Shown: positions 23,483-36,779, counted from the stretch's first letter. The stretch is 64,000 nucleotides of DNA from Lama glama (GCA_028534125.1 CM052816.1:87484001-87548000); one strand, 5' to 3'. Translations and numbers: made by a program. Notes: generated by a model from the sequence alone, not told the origin.

Positions 23483-25849
23483 TGTTAAGTTGATCCCAAA
23501 TGGCTATTACCAACAGATGCCTAGGAGAAGCAAACTGATCTTTTCTTTTCTGGGATAATTTAGTATTGTGCCCAGACCTCAGGATATTACTACAAACAGT
23601 TTTATGACTAAAATATCTAGTATAAAGTAAAAATTAAGAAAGTAGTTGAGAATATGACAGCATAAATTAGAACAAAAAGAAACATGACAATTGAGATAGA
23701 TTCAGAGAACTTCTGAATGAGTAGTCATCACTGATTTTAAATAACCATCCGTGCTACCTGACAAGATTAAAAATTTTGGCAGAGAACTAGAAACTATAAA
23801 CATTTACATAGCAGAATTGCCAAGTAGAAAAATAAAGATGCCAAATAAAATTACTAGAATTGAAAAAAGTGCAATAATTGAAATCAAGAACCCGAACAGT
23901 GAGTTTAAAAGTAGAGTAGATAAGATAAAGGGAAAATTAATGAGGGAAAGGATCTGGATCAAAGAAGCACAGAGAGAAAAAAAAAATTAGGACTTATAAA
24001 ATATAAGCTATATTGAAAGTGGAATTAGAAGAATTTACAAATGTATGTAGAATCTCATAAGGAAATAAGAAAATAAATGAGGCAGTAGTTATATTTGAAG
24101 AGATCATGGCACAGAAAGGTCATGTAAGTTTCTTGGCATCACATAGGTAGCAACTACTGTAAAGTGGAGAAAATTGTAGCGTGTATTGATCAAGCTGTTG
24201 TGAAAACTGAGGAGAGGTTATAGAGTTTAGAAGTGTTTCCAGAACGTATTGCGTTTATTTATTGTTATCACCCCATGAACTGAGTATGGTTGCTCTGTTT
24301 CTTTTCTGTCAGATTTCACTTTCAGAAACTGTATTTCTAGAAGCCAGGGAAAACCATCCCTAAAATCACATACCAGTTCTAAACCTCTTTCCTTTTTCCC
24401 TCTTGTAATGCTCCCCCTGTGTTTTTTTTTTTAATAGGGAGAAAAAAATAAACTACCTTTTCTTAAGTTATCATCTCAAAGTTTAGACTCAACACTGAAG
24501 GTTATAAAGGTTCTGGGTTTCAAAAACGATGACCATGCCAGGAGGTCCTGAAGCTTTAGATCTGTGTCAGGTGTGAGGGCCGTTTGTTTATGTTATCTGT
24601 CCATGGGGCCTTCACAACCAACTTAGCTCTTAGCCTCTGAACTGCTGCTTTAATTTTATTCTTATAGATTTGTTCTTTATCCACTCTTAGGCCCCAGTTC
24701 AGGATTAGCATATGCAAATCCTCTGTCTTCTGTTAATCTTGGGCAGTTTATAGAACCTCACATAGCTCTCTAATCTAATAAATGTTCTTTCTACTTCCTA
24801 GTTTCCTTACAAAATAATACATATAATGTATTTTGTACAAAACTGATGTGACTCTGGGGATGTGACTGAAGGCTGTGGAAGGCATGGGAGTTTTTTTTTA
24901 ACTCCAACCTCTTTCTACCTTTTGTATGTTTGTGAAATTTGGAATGTTCTCCTATGAACACGCCTTGCGTTTACAATAATAAAAAAGGCTATAAGAGGAA
25001 AGCCTTATAAACCTTTTAGAGGAGAGAATTAGCAATTATCTTCTTTACAGTAGCTTTATATTTTCTGATCTTCCTCAGAGTTATTACAGAGACATGTTGA
25101 ATTATATTGCCCCTCAAATACAAAGTGCTTTTCAGTGTTTACAAGCTATACTTAAAGGGTGCCCCTGGTGAAATGCAGCTTCATTTAGGGTGATATTTTA
25201 CAATGACTCTGTGCCAGAACGATGCAACAGGAATAGAAACACCAGAATTATACACTTTGCTCATATGTGACTCAAGGTGCATAAACACATATGGGCAGAA
25301 ACACAAATCTAGCATCAATTTTAGAGTTTTCCCTTGGAGAGCAGTTATTTTCATCTGTACACTCATTCTTCTTTTATCCTTGATATGCAAGTTCGCACTA
25401 TTTCCTGAGTGAATATGGATATACATCTGCTCCAAGGGGACATATGTACGAAGTAGCTGAAGACGGCAGCTATGCGTACTCATATTTGGCAAGACATCTG
25501 GGTGGATTTATTTTACCTAATTTAACTGCAAAATGTATGTGAGTTTGAGTTTGTGAATATTTAAATCAATTGTACACTCTTGATTCTGCCCTGACTTAGG
25601 ATTTATGACATTACACACCATTTATCATAGTTACAGTTCAAAATATAAGGGCGAGTCGTTGTGTATTTTAACCATATGCATTGAAGACAGAATTGCTTAT
25701 ATATTGTTAAAGACCTTGGGATTTGAAATAAAGAATGGTTTCAAACTAATGGGTGCCATAACATGGCTTCATTATATGACTCTGCAAGGGACAGAATTGT
25801 ATCCAGCTTGAAGATGAGCAAGGTACCGGAACACACTCCCTGTCTCCAT

Positions 25850-26080
25850 GTTTCTAGTTATTTACTAGGACACAGTCATGCCGACCACATGCCAGGCAAT
25901 GCGACTGTTGCTGGGGGTACAGTGATCTGTGAGATGTATCAGTGATTTCTAGGAGCTCACAGGGCAGGAGGGAAACATAAATAAGTACAACTCAACTTGG
26001 TAGGTTCTATAATACATGTTACAGTATTATAAAAATGAGAGAGGACACACACAAGGGTATAATCATGAGGCAAAGGGGGA
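25850..26080 (-). mobile_element. L2 fragment
   Basis: CACATGCCAGGCAATG...TGCTGGGGGTACAGTGA...AGGAGCTCACAG. Confidence 0.55.
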
Positions 26081-27547
26081 TGGACATATGTCTCTAAAAA
26101 TCTGTCCATGGAAGAGTCACTCATTATTCAATTCCATTCCATTCCATCTCATTCTTTGTAAATTCTAGTGCTAAGGCAACAGCATGTAGGAAAAGGCACA
26201 CACGTATCGTCCTAATGTCTAAAGTATTGTTGAAAGTGAGGCTGAGAAGCTGCTGTGTTTGAGCCAACACAGTCCCTGGGAAGATTAAATGAAGTCACTA
26301 TCTCTAAGATGAAGCTCTACACCCAAGGGGTCCATTGTGGGAAACACACATGCAACATACAGATTATTGGCATAAAAAGCAAAAAAGCTAGAGTCAAAAG
26401 TATGCAGAGAGGGTTGGGAGAAGCATAAAGAATGGAGTTACTACCCTCACTGAAGGAATTTGTCCAACTATGACTTAAATATATAATATGTCTTAGTTTT
26501 AGATGCATTAATATAAAAAATGTTACTTTAGAATTGAAGAAGTCTTGAAATTAAAAGTGTTCATAAAGAATGTAAAAAATCTTACCAGATGTAGAGGAAA
26601 GTTTTTCTGTTAGGGTAAAGTTGTGAAATCAAAGAAAGAATGTAGATCCTTCTAAGAAAAATAATTCTTTTGTGAATGCATTGGGGATATGAACGTGTAT
26701 TTTAAATGGTACATAGGCATATCTGTAAATATATTTTCATTATGAGGTCAAGGATTTTTAAATATATTAGTACATTTTCTCAGAAGAAGGGGATTTAATC
26801 ATATTATATATTACATGCATCCCTATTTATGAAACATCTATGAGATTTTTAAATGTTTCAAATATTTAAATTAAATTCCAATATGTAAATTTTCTGAATT
26901 AATATTGCATACTACATCCCTAAGTATATTTTCATTGTTTATTTTAATTTTGGGGGGGGATATTTTCAGTTTTAGTGAGCTATAATTGACATACAGCACT
27001 GTATAAGTTTAAGGTGTACAGCATGATGACTTGACTTACATATATTATGAAATGTTAGCCACAATAAATTTAGTTAACATCCACAATCTCATATAGATAC
27101 CAAAAAAGGGTTTTTCTTTGTGATAAGAACTTTTAAGATTTTTTTAGCAACTTTCAAATATACCATGAAGCAGTGTTAACTATTGTTATCATGTTGTATA
27201 TCACCTCCCAGTATTTATTTATCTTTTTTAAAACATTTTTTAATTGAGTTGTAGTCAGTTTACAATGTTGTGTCAATTTTCAGTGTAGAGCACAATTTTT
27301 CATTATACATGAACACACATATATTCATTGTCACATTCTTTTTCACTGTAAGCTACCACAAGATCTTGTGTGTATTTCCCTGTGCTATACAGTATAATCT
27401 TGTTTATCTATTCTGCATATGCCTGTCAGTATCTACAAATTTTGAACTTCCATTCTGTCCCTTCCCACCCCTCCCACCCTCTTGGCAACCACAACTTTTT
27501 ATTCTATGTCTAAGAGTCTGTTTCTGTTTTGTATTTATGTTCTTTTC

Positions 27548-27549
27548 AT

Positions 27550-27588
<39 letters not shown>
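27548..27588 (+). repeat. (ATTT)n microsatellite inside the L1 3'UTR
   Basis: Directly visible. Confidence 0.95.
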
Positions 27589-27589
<1 letters not shown>

Positions 27590-27839
27590 GATTCCACATA
27601 TGAGTGATTTCATATGGTATTTTTCTTTCTCTTTCTGGCTTACTTCACTTAGAATGACATTCTCCAGGGACATCCATGTCACTGCAAATGCATTGTGTTG
27701 TCGGTTTTTATGAATAATAGTCTATTGTATAAATACACCACATCTTCTTTATCCAGTCATCTGTTGATGGACATTTAGGCTGTTTTCATGTCTTGGCTTT
27801 TGTAAATAGTGCTGCTATGAACATTGGGGTGCAGGTGTC

Positions 27840-28130
27840 TTATTGAAGTAGTGTTCCTTCTGGATATATGCCCAGGAGTGGGATTTCTGGGTCATATGGT
27901 AAGTCTATTCCTAGTCTTTTGAGGAATCTCCATACTGTTTTCCACAGTGGCTGCACCAACCTGCATTCCCACCAGCAGTGTAGGAGGGTTCCCTTTTCTC
28001 CACAGCCTCTCCAGCATTTGTCATTTGTGGACTTTTGAATGATGGCCATTCTGACTGGTGTGAGGTGATATCTCATTGTAGTTTTGATTTGCATTTCTCT
28101 GACAATTAGTGATATTGAACATTTTTTCAT
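27840..28130 (-). pseudogene. L1 ORF2p C-terminal cysteine-rich domain fragment
   Basis: [21 protein letters not shown]...[18 protein letters not shown]...[14 protein letters not shown] is the canonical L1 ORF2p C-terminus; premature stop at 27840. Confidence 0.95.
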
Positions 28131-29199
28131 GTGCCTATTGATTATTTGTATTTCTTCCTTAGAAAATTGCTTGTTTAGGTCTTCTGCCCATTTTTATCTT
28201 ATGACTGTAAGTTTGTTATTTTTGACCACCTTCATCCAATTCCCCCAACACCCACCTCCACCCCCTACCTTTGGTAATCACAAATCTGATCTTTTTTTCT
28301 ATGAGTTTGTTTTTGGGGTTTTGTTGTTGTTTTTAGATTCCGCATACAACTGAGATCATACAGTGTTTGTTTAACATAATTCACTTAGCATAATGCTCTC
28401 AAGATCCATCCACTTTTTACAAAGGGCAGGATTTCCTTTTTTATGGCTGAATCATATTCAATGGAATATGTTATCATATGTATATATGTATGATGTATAT
28501 CACAATTTCTTTATTCATTCATCAGTAGACACTTAGATTGTTTCCATATCTTGGCTGTTGTAAATAACACTGCAATGAACATGAGTGTGCAGATATTTTT
28601 TCAATATTCATTTTATATTTTAACAGGGAAAACATACATCATAAGTACCAGCTGAAGGAATATTTGGGGTAAGAACTATTGATTTAGACTCTTTCCTCCC
28701 TATTATTCCACGATCTGAGTTTCTAGAGGAAGTTTACAATCTGAAGCCATTTCTTCCCATCCCAGAATGAGGAAAGAAGGAAGGACACAAGAAGGTGTCA
28801 TTTCAGAGTGGGATACCAGATCTCACAGTTAACAGAACTAATAAAAGTGATTATGTTGGTAGGCAGTATGTCATTTAATACCCACACACATTATCTGAAA
28901 TAGATGCTGATAATGCATTCATGTGGACATGAATATGGAAACCAAATCTCAGACAGACATAGTATCAAGTCCAAAGTCACATAGCTCATGAATAGGGGAG
29001 GAAGGATGCTGAGATCTTACTGTAAACCATGTAGAGTCTGTTAAGCGTTTAAAGTGGAATAGTGAACAGTATTTTAGGAACTATAAATTATTCCTTTCCC
29101 TTGTCCTACATACCTCTCCCTCAAGAAGGGTGTCTAAATGCCTTGCCTCCTCTGGCACTGGGAACAGTGAGTTCAGAAATTGTGGTCCACAGGGAGGAA

Positions 29200-29836
29200 T
29201 GTTTCATGAAACCAGGCTGAAGGAACAGTCTCCACAAGACTGCCCTCATTTCAGATGCCTGCCTCAAGTTTAGGGGATCCCAGGGTCACTCTCACTTCAG
29301 ATCAGCCGGCTGCCAATTTGAGTCCCCATGACCACCCTAAGGCTTGATAATTCGCTGGCACAACTCACAGGACTGACTCAATTAAAACAGAATATTTGCA
29401 TTTACAGTGTATTATAGGGAAAGAGTACAAATTACATTCAGCCAAGGGAGGAGGAGACTTCTTGGGCAAGACGGGGAGGGGTCCAAATGCAGAGCTTCCT
29501 GTCATCTCCATGGAGTCATGGAATGTTTTCTCTCTTTCCAACCATGATGTGTGACAATATGCAGAGAGTATTGCCAACCAAAGACGACCACCAAATATTT
29601 TAGTTTTAATTGGAGCTTGACACATGCTGCCTGCTTGGATGGCCTCCAGCCTCTAGCCTCTCCCAGAAGTTTGGGCTAATACCTTCAGTCTCTAAAGTCC
29701 CTCATCATGATTGGCATTGTCAGACTGTCTGGTGGCCAAAGTCCTGGCTCAACAAAGGCACTCCTATCAAGCAGGATATTCCAGGAGTCGAGAGATCCAC
29801 TCCCAGGAACTGAAGGGCTACATTCTTCGCTACACA
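29200..29836 (-). mobile_element. MER21/MER77-group ERVL LTR
   Basis: CCACAAGACTGCCCTCATTTCAGATGCC, TTGATAATTCGCTGG...ACTCACAG, GGCAGGATATTCCAGG-like motifs; ends CTACACA. Confidence 0.75.
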
Positions 29837-31014
29837 ATGTCCCATAAATTTAACTTAAGAAACCAATATTTCTAATGCCTTTTAAAAATTAACCTTAATG
29901 CCTTGAACAAAAATCCAGTGAAGTGTAAACTACAGCAACAATAAAATTTCTCTTCATTCCTAGTAGAGCAGCACTAGAATTTGTCAGGTATTTTATTGTA
30001 CGTGCATGTAAGCACTTACCATCCATAAAGTGCTAGAGCTCTCACTCTTTTGGGAGAGGTGAGGGTTGGGGTGGATAGAAAGAGTGGTATGATTTTTCAG
30101 CCTAGTGTTTGCTATTATATTTTTTCAGGGCAAAGCACAATATAGCTTCCTGTAATCTGCTTTGTATAACTGAGTATTTACATCATTTTCTAAAGACCTA
30201 AACTGATGTTCCTTTCAGGAAATGGAAATTGAGTACTTGCTGAATTTGAGTAATTTTCACGATAAATGTGTATTGAATAAACATGTATTAGCTAAAATAG
30301 CCATTGTTAAAATGCAAGATGCAGTCAGAATGTGAACGTGTTAGTTGCCTCTAGAGGTCTGCTTGTGAATGAAACACACACACTTTATGAGAAGCCCAAA
30401 TGATAGAAAACTCCCTCAATTTAAAGAGAATTTCATCTACGGTGTATGCTTGTTTTTCCTTCATGGATGTGGAGACTATTCTTTTGGGCAATACTAGGAA
30501 CGATGTTAATGTTTAGACAAAAAGTTCTGGATTAAAAGAATACTGGAGTGCCCATTGCATCTGGGCAGGAAGTGGTTCCCTGATTCCAAACCTCAGGCAG
30601 CATCAGGAAGCACTGTAGTGAGCAAGTTTCTTAGAACCAGTAGAAGTCTACCCCCAGTCCCTCTTTACACACCTTAGTAAATAATACAAATATTTATTCC
30701 AGAGATGGCAACTCTCCAAGAAATGAATTCTGGAAAATAGATTGTATTCATATGCTATATTTACCTAGCATCTGTAAACTTGCCACGCACTTTGGGTCCT
30801 GTGTGCATAGTCTTCCTTCTTTAGGGCGTATCTTGCAGGTGCCTACAGCCTCAACCTGCTCTTCATTAGCCTAACAGTGAAGGCTCAGCTCCTGTCTTCG
30901 TTCGCTCTGATTCTGACAGTATTTTGGTTTTCAATTCTAGTCTTCTGTTACTGCCCTGAGTTTTTACCTGTTATAGTAAATCGGTTTCTGAGCTCTACTT
31001 TGAATTCTGAGAGA

Positions 31015-31125
31015 CAGGTACTCTCTCATATTCCTTTCCATTGGCTCCTCCATCAATCACAGTGTTTGGTACAGAGTCATGATACAATTGGTGGTTGATG
31101 AATCAATGAGTAAGTGAAATGATTA
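31015..31125 (+). mobile_element. L2 3' end
   Basis: CACAGTGTTTGGTACAGAG...TTGATGAATCAATGA. Confidence 0.55.
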
Positions 31126-32689
31126 ATACTTTCACATAGGTTTTTTTCCAAGGATGCAGATACATTCTTCAGATGGAATTGACTTGTATTGTTCTTCAAT
31201 AAACTGCATAAATAATATCAAACAATAATTCATGAAAGTATGCTTAGGCAGCTGAGGTAATAGAATCAAATTATGTTTCTCAGAGAAACTAAAGAGATGG
31301 ATAATTGACAATGTTCTTAGAGTAACTGATTAATATCAGGCGCCTCAAGTAATACTATGATTTTAGGTTTAATTTTTGACAAGCGCTTGAGTGCCTGTGC
31401 TGCTGATTAAAAAGGAATTTAGATGCTCTGGATAGCAGATGTCCAGGATGGCGAAGTTAATGTTATATTAACTGAAAGTTTGGAAATATGGCTCGTACTT
31501 TGCCAAACAGAAATCCAATTCTCTTACACATGGGACAGACTTTCCAAGGGCTGGTGGTTAGAGCTGGCATTTTTGCTAAAAATGAGATTTGAATTTGTTT
31601 AAGCACTCAGAAATTTCCAGGTTTAATCCAAGAGTTTGATTCTAAATAGCATGGAAAAGACTGCTTTGGACTGAGTACTTTTTTGGAGCAGGTTTCTTGA
31701 AATAAATGGATCTCAACATGATTACTGGAGAACATCTGATTTCAAATATTATTGTAACTTTAGGTGGGCTCACTGGGATAAATTAGCTATTGCATGTATG
31801 GTGTGTGATGAGTTCTTCAGCAGGACAGTCATTTAAATGTTTATAAATTATCCCAGTTTTAAGATAGCATTAAACTTTTTCTATCCTCCTCCTCCTTTTT
31901 TCCTATCCATATCTACCGTAAAATTCTAACTGCTTCCTAAATGGGCTCCTCATGAACTGTCATCAGATAACAGTTGTTTTATGATTAGTTTGCTCAAAAA
32001 TATGTCAGTACTATACCTGAATGCCAGTCATATATGGAAGAGATGGAAGGTCAAATGAGAAGTGCTATTCCTGCCCTAAGAAAGCAGATATTCTGTTCCT
32101 ATGACACACCCACTCATGCCAGCCAGTGAAAAGCTTTCCCATGGTGCTGGGGCTGCTCTGTTCAGGAAGTGTCCTAATAAATATTTTGGGTCAAAATCTT
32201 AGGCTTTGAGGACATGAGTCAACTGATGGCTTAATTAGAATCGGGTGCTTGGAGTACAATATATTCAAAAAGGAAAAAGATCTAGGGGAAATGGGCGGAA
32301 AATAAAAAGAGAACCCACCATTGTTAGAGTGAGGAATCTCCAGCTGAAAGAATGGATCAGGACTTTTTAGAATAGCCATGTACAATAAAAAAGGATAACT
32401 TGCTGGTCAAGAAACAGGCATGGAAACGAAAGAGAAGGATTGACTTTTATTTCAAAAATGACATAATGTGACATAGAGCAACAATAAGGAGGTTGTAAGT
32501 TACATAGTTGAATTTAATAGAAATTTTTAAAGGAGCTTATATGGAGTTCCAAATGTTCGTTTAGAACAGTTTAGGTTGTACAATGTCTATTTTTGCCAAG
32601 GGTCTTGGTGCTGGAGAGGTAGTATGTTACTTATTCACTGGAAAAATGATTTCTGGGGAGTCATAGTTTTTTTACTCTTCTTTTTTCAG

Positions 32690-32880
32690 TACAAATCCAG
32701 GCTCCATGTCTTATTAGCCTTGTGACATTAAAAGCATAGCAACCTTCATTATGACTTAGTGTCCTCCTCTATAACAAGGGCCCTTTAATGTGTACTTCAT
32801 AAGGTATTGTAAAGAATAAAATGATATGCATACATTTTTAGAACAGTGACACAGAGGAGGCCATTAAAACATTAATTATT
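32690..32880. mobile_element. MIR
   Basis: CAAATCCAGGCTCCATGTCTTATTAGCCTTGTGACATT...CATAAGGTATTGTAAAGAATAAAATGA. Confidence 0.75.
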
Positions 32881-35087
32881 TTTACACCATAGTTATTTTA
32901 AATGGGAAGAAATATAAATAGGAGAGCCGAGAATAAAAGCATGGAGATTTTTGCCAGATTATCCCCTGAAATGATCCAGGGGCCCCAAAACTGGTTGCCA
33001 GAAGACCTTTTGCTGATTAAAGCAAATGCCAAAAAAAAAAAAAGAGGGATTTTGATGCTGAAAAACTTGTAAAATGTATTTTATATTTTTGATGAATTTA
33101 AAAGGATAAAAGGCTTGCGACTAATAGTGAAACACATTTTTTATCAGCACTGGTCAATCTATGAATTTTCAGGCATCAGTGTTTGAAATTAAATTTATAT
33201 GTCAAATCATTTAAAAGTAATTGTACTGACCATTTTATTATATTTTATCCATCAAAATATCATGAAAAAGGAAGAAGCATAATTGTCACCATATTAGCAA
33301 TACCAAGCATCATGTACTGAGCAGGTACTGTGTGTCTGGCACTGTTTGAAGTGATGTAGGTTAGGACATAGACTTAGGCATATCTATGTATAATATTTAT
33401 GAAATAAAATTTAATTTAGGCTCAAAAAAGTCTTGCATACTAGTGGAGTAAATATTTGAAAATGTGGACTTAAATATTGGCTTTCAATTCAAAAATTGTA
33501 AGTTAACCTAAGCCTTATAGATTTGGTTTTGCGACAAATGCCGTCAAGTATTCCTTTCAGTGGGTACAAAATTATTACTTCTGTACCATCATCACATTTA
33601 TTTCAAGTGTTTTAAAAAGTCAGTTCTTAATTTATCCTTTGTTATTTCACAAACATGTTTTAGTTTGACAACCTAAAGTAAGTTGACAGATTATTTAAGC
33701 AAATCAATTTAAAATTTTTCCCTACGACTATGTATATGGCAAATCCTATCCTCCATTTGGTACAGATTCATTGACTAGGAATTCTTAATTCTAATCAGTG
33801 TCAGATTTACATATTATTTTAATGATTTAAGACAAGATCTACTTGGTAGTGAACTTACAGGAATATTTAAATTTAAAAAACAAGTAAAACTATTTTTTCT
33901 ATAAATTATAAATGTAAATTTTGTTTCTTGAAGAACAAAATTCTTTTAGAAGTCTGTGTTTTGTTTGTGGGGTGCTGAACCTTTAAAAATATTGTCAGAC
34001 TTCATATGGACTGGCAACTACTCTACAGGACTATTTCCACACCCTGTAATTTCATATTAACTTCTTACTGTTTTGTTTAACCGTTTAATTTTCCACTGTG
34101 GTTTGGTATCTAGAATCCATTACAGAGTAATGTGAATGCCCAAATCCTGATATATTCCAATTACTTTATTTTGACTTTTTATTTCAGATGACAATATAAC
34201 ATATATTAATAAAAACACCTTTTTTATTATAAATATTTATTATATATATATTTTATTGTTATCTCCTTTATTGTAACTTTTGTTCTTTATCATTCACTTT
34301 TCTTTCTGGATCTTCCCAATTTTACAATTGGTTGTTTGGTCATTTTTAATCATCATAAAAATTCTGTAAAGTTATCATTCATCTTTTTATATTAAGTGGC
34401 CATGATCTGATAATTTTACGTGGCAGAATCCAGATACGCACAGCTTTTCCCCAAGTACCATGTCCTCTCCATGGAGAAAGTCATCTAGAAGAGGCAAAAA
34501 AGACCAACCAATTGTGAGGAAGCCTTTAATTCTTGATTTTTTGATGGGAGGAGGTGAATAGTTGCCTGCTTTAATTCTGGTTGTGATTCCTCCTTTGCGA
34601 ATTCGTAAAATTCAATTGCATCTGAAGCCAGAAGCCATTCTTGTAGCGTGGATATTAGGCAAAAATCCTTACCCCTAAAAGACTGAGATAAATAGTGTCA
34701 AGAAGTAGTTTTTCAGAAATCAACTCATTGGTCCTAAGTAGAAACCTTATTCTGAAAATCATGATGTAGCTCAGCTGTCAACAGCAATGACCATCTTAGC
34801 ACCTCTGGCTGACAGTGTCCTTTTTCCTGTGTTAGAATCTGAACAGCACATGTGTGGAAGGACAATTTCAAATGTAATGAGTAAAAAAATGTTTTGAAAG
34901 CCTACCTTTACTTTAAATAAACCTAAATATATTTTATATCTCTTGACTCACATGCAGACCAGATTTAGATGCAAAAACTAAGTATGAAACATAACATTAA
35001 GTTCTCAAAGTTAAAATTCAGATATCTCCGGCTTCTGTTTTGACTTTAAGAACTTGATGTGTTATGTTTTCATTTTGTATGTTGTAA

Positions 35088-35488
35088 ATCAGTTTGGAGT
35101 TCTGTACTGATTAGGAAACAGACTTGTCTGGGAAATAGAAGCAAAAAATAATAAATGATAACAAATAGAAGATTGTTTCTCTTTTGTATAACAGCCTGAA
35201 TTTAAGCAATCCAGTAAGGCTAGTATTTTAGCGTGGAATTGTCAGGAACCTGAGACGCTTCTATCTGGTTACATTATCTTCCCTCGGGTATGAGCTGTGG
35301 CCTCATGATCTGTGGTAACTCACCAATGCCATGTTCCCACTGGCCAGAAATCCCATGTACATTCACACCTGATTGCAAGGGAACTAGAAAATATGGACTC
35401 TATCCCAGTATGGCTATGTACTAGTGAAAAGAAAAAGGATCTATGTTTATATGATTAGCATGGAAATGCAAGTCTCTCTCTCTGCCAG
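35088..35488 (-). mobile_element. Old MLT1 (J/K-like) LTR relic
   Basis: GTCAGGAACCTGAGACGCTTCTATCT; CCCACTGGCCAGAA...CACACCTGATTGCAAGGGAACTAGAAAAT. Confidence 0.6.
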
Positions 35489-35679
35489 GGCTCAATAATC
35501 TGAGCTCTCAACAAACAGTATTTTGCTCAGAACAAACAGTATTTTAAATTTTATAAACATTTTACTCTGACAGTAATCTATTATTAAATAAGCTTCTACT
35601 TTTTGATGGGTAATTCATTTTTAAGTTACATCTCTTCTAGAAGAAGGTGGTCTGTGCATTCAGTCCTTGAACTTCGTTT

Positions 35680-36100
35680 AGTTGTTTTATGAGCTAAGAT
35701 AAGATTAATTTTCGTGAATAGTTCATGTAGGCAAGAGAAGAATACATATTCTTTAACGATTTGGTATAGAAATGCTTATAGATCAAGATTGTTAAATGTG
35801 CCATTTAACTGGCTCAAATTTAAATATTTTTTCTACTTGATTGCATAATTCATGAAAAATATATTTTTAAATCTTCTGTTAAAATCAAGGATGACTCAAT
35901 TTCTCCCTATAATTCCATCAAATCTTTTTTGTATGTTTTTTCAGGTTATTTGTTGAGTGCGTATGTAGTTAAAATTTCTATGTATTTCTGCCTACTGTTA
36001 TGCACTTCCTTGTGCCAAATATAGCTTTTGACATTAAAGACTATTTGTCTTCTTCTGGTTATTATTTGCTCAGGTTATCATTTTCCATCCTTTTCCATCC
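35680..36100 (-). mobile_element. Old L1 ORF2 endonuclease relic
   Basis: Minus strand encodes KEYVFFSCLHELFTK (~35710-35755), similar to L1 EYTFFSSAHGTFTK. Confidence 0.65.
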
Positions 36101-36779
36101 CCGTATCTCATGAGGACCGGCTGGCATTCAGGAGTTCTCAGCTTTTGTGCCACTCCCGTTCCTCCTATCATCACATGAGACCTGGAAGAGGTCGACCAGC
36201 TTTCTTGATTTCTCCTCTGTTGGTGGGAACATTTTTTTTCTCCTCCATCCACCTGTTTGTATTTGAGTAGCCCTCTTTGGGTTTAGGTCTCAGTTCAAGC
36301 TCTTGCTTGCTGGTAATGAAGACCTATTCTTTCTCCCCTAGGGGCCACCAGTCTAAGCTCCTGTTTCTGAACACAGGCAAGTGATCACAGAGTGACAGCA
36401 ATTTAGGGCAGATTGCACCTTAATATCCAGCTCCCGCTTGCTTCATCACTTTTTAAGCACTTTCCTGAATTTCTTGCAAATCAGTTTTATAAACAGATTT
36501 ATCCAGTGTTTCTAGGTATTTTTATTTTCATCTCCAGGATAACTGATTATTTTTAATGTCATAAACTGATTATTTAGTGCCTTTGTTACTTTGATAATCG
36601 CAAACTGGGGTCTACAGTTAGGATACCTACATCTGTATTTATACAATATGTGTTTTATTTTTTCACATTAGATATCTTCTGTGTCTTTACTAAGTTCTAA
36701 AAATAAACCTAGCATAGGTTTTGGTATAGGATGACCTCCTCAAATCTAAAACCTAAAATAACTCTGACTCCACACCCAT

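Larger units (their letters stand above)
22285..24112 (+). mobile_element. Old L1M 5'UTR plus ORF1 relic, interrupted by MLT1E and MER20
   Basis: ORF 23751-23990 (IKNFGRELETI...IIEIKNPNSEFKSRVD...EAQREKK) matches the L1 ORF1p coiled coil; ATATTTGAAGAGATCATGGC encodes IFEEIMA. The 5'UTR assignment of 22285-22410 is weaker. Confidence 0.7.
27226..28192 (-). mobile_element. Young 5'-truncated L1 (ORF2 C-terminus plus 3'UTR)
   Basis: Low divergence; flanking TTTATCTT at 27218-27225 and 28193-28200; contains ORF 27840-28130. Confidence 0.93.
26960..28605 (-). mobile_element. L1MA-like 3' end (host element), split by a younger L1 at 27226-28192
   Basis: TATAATTGACATACAGCACTGTATAAGTTTAAGGTGTACAGCATGATG...; reads continuously across the insert as ...TTTATCTT|ATGACTGTAAGTTTG. 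Confidence 0.85.

Noticed and set aside
25181..25492. 103-aa minus-strand ORF
   Set aside because: No recognisable homology or gene context; length is compatible with chance.
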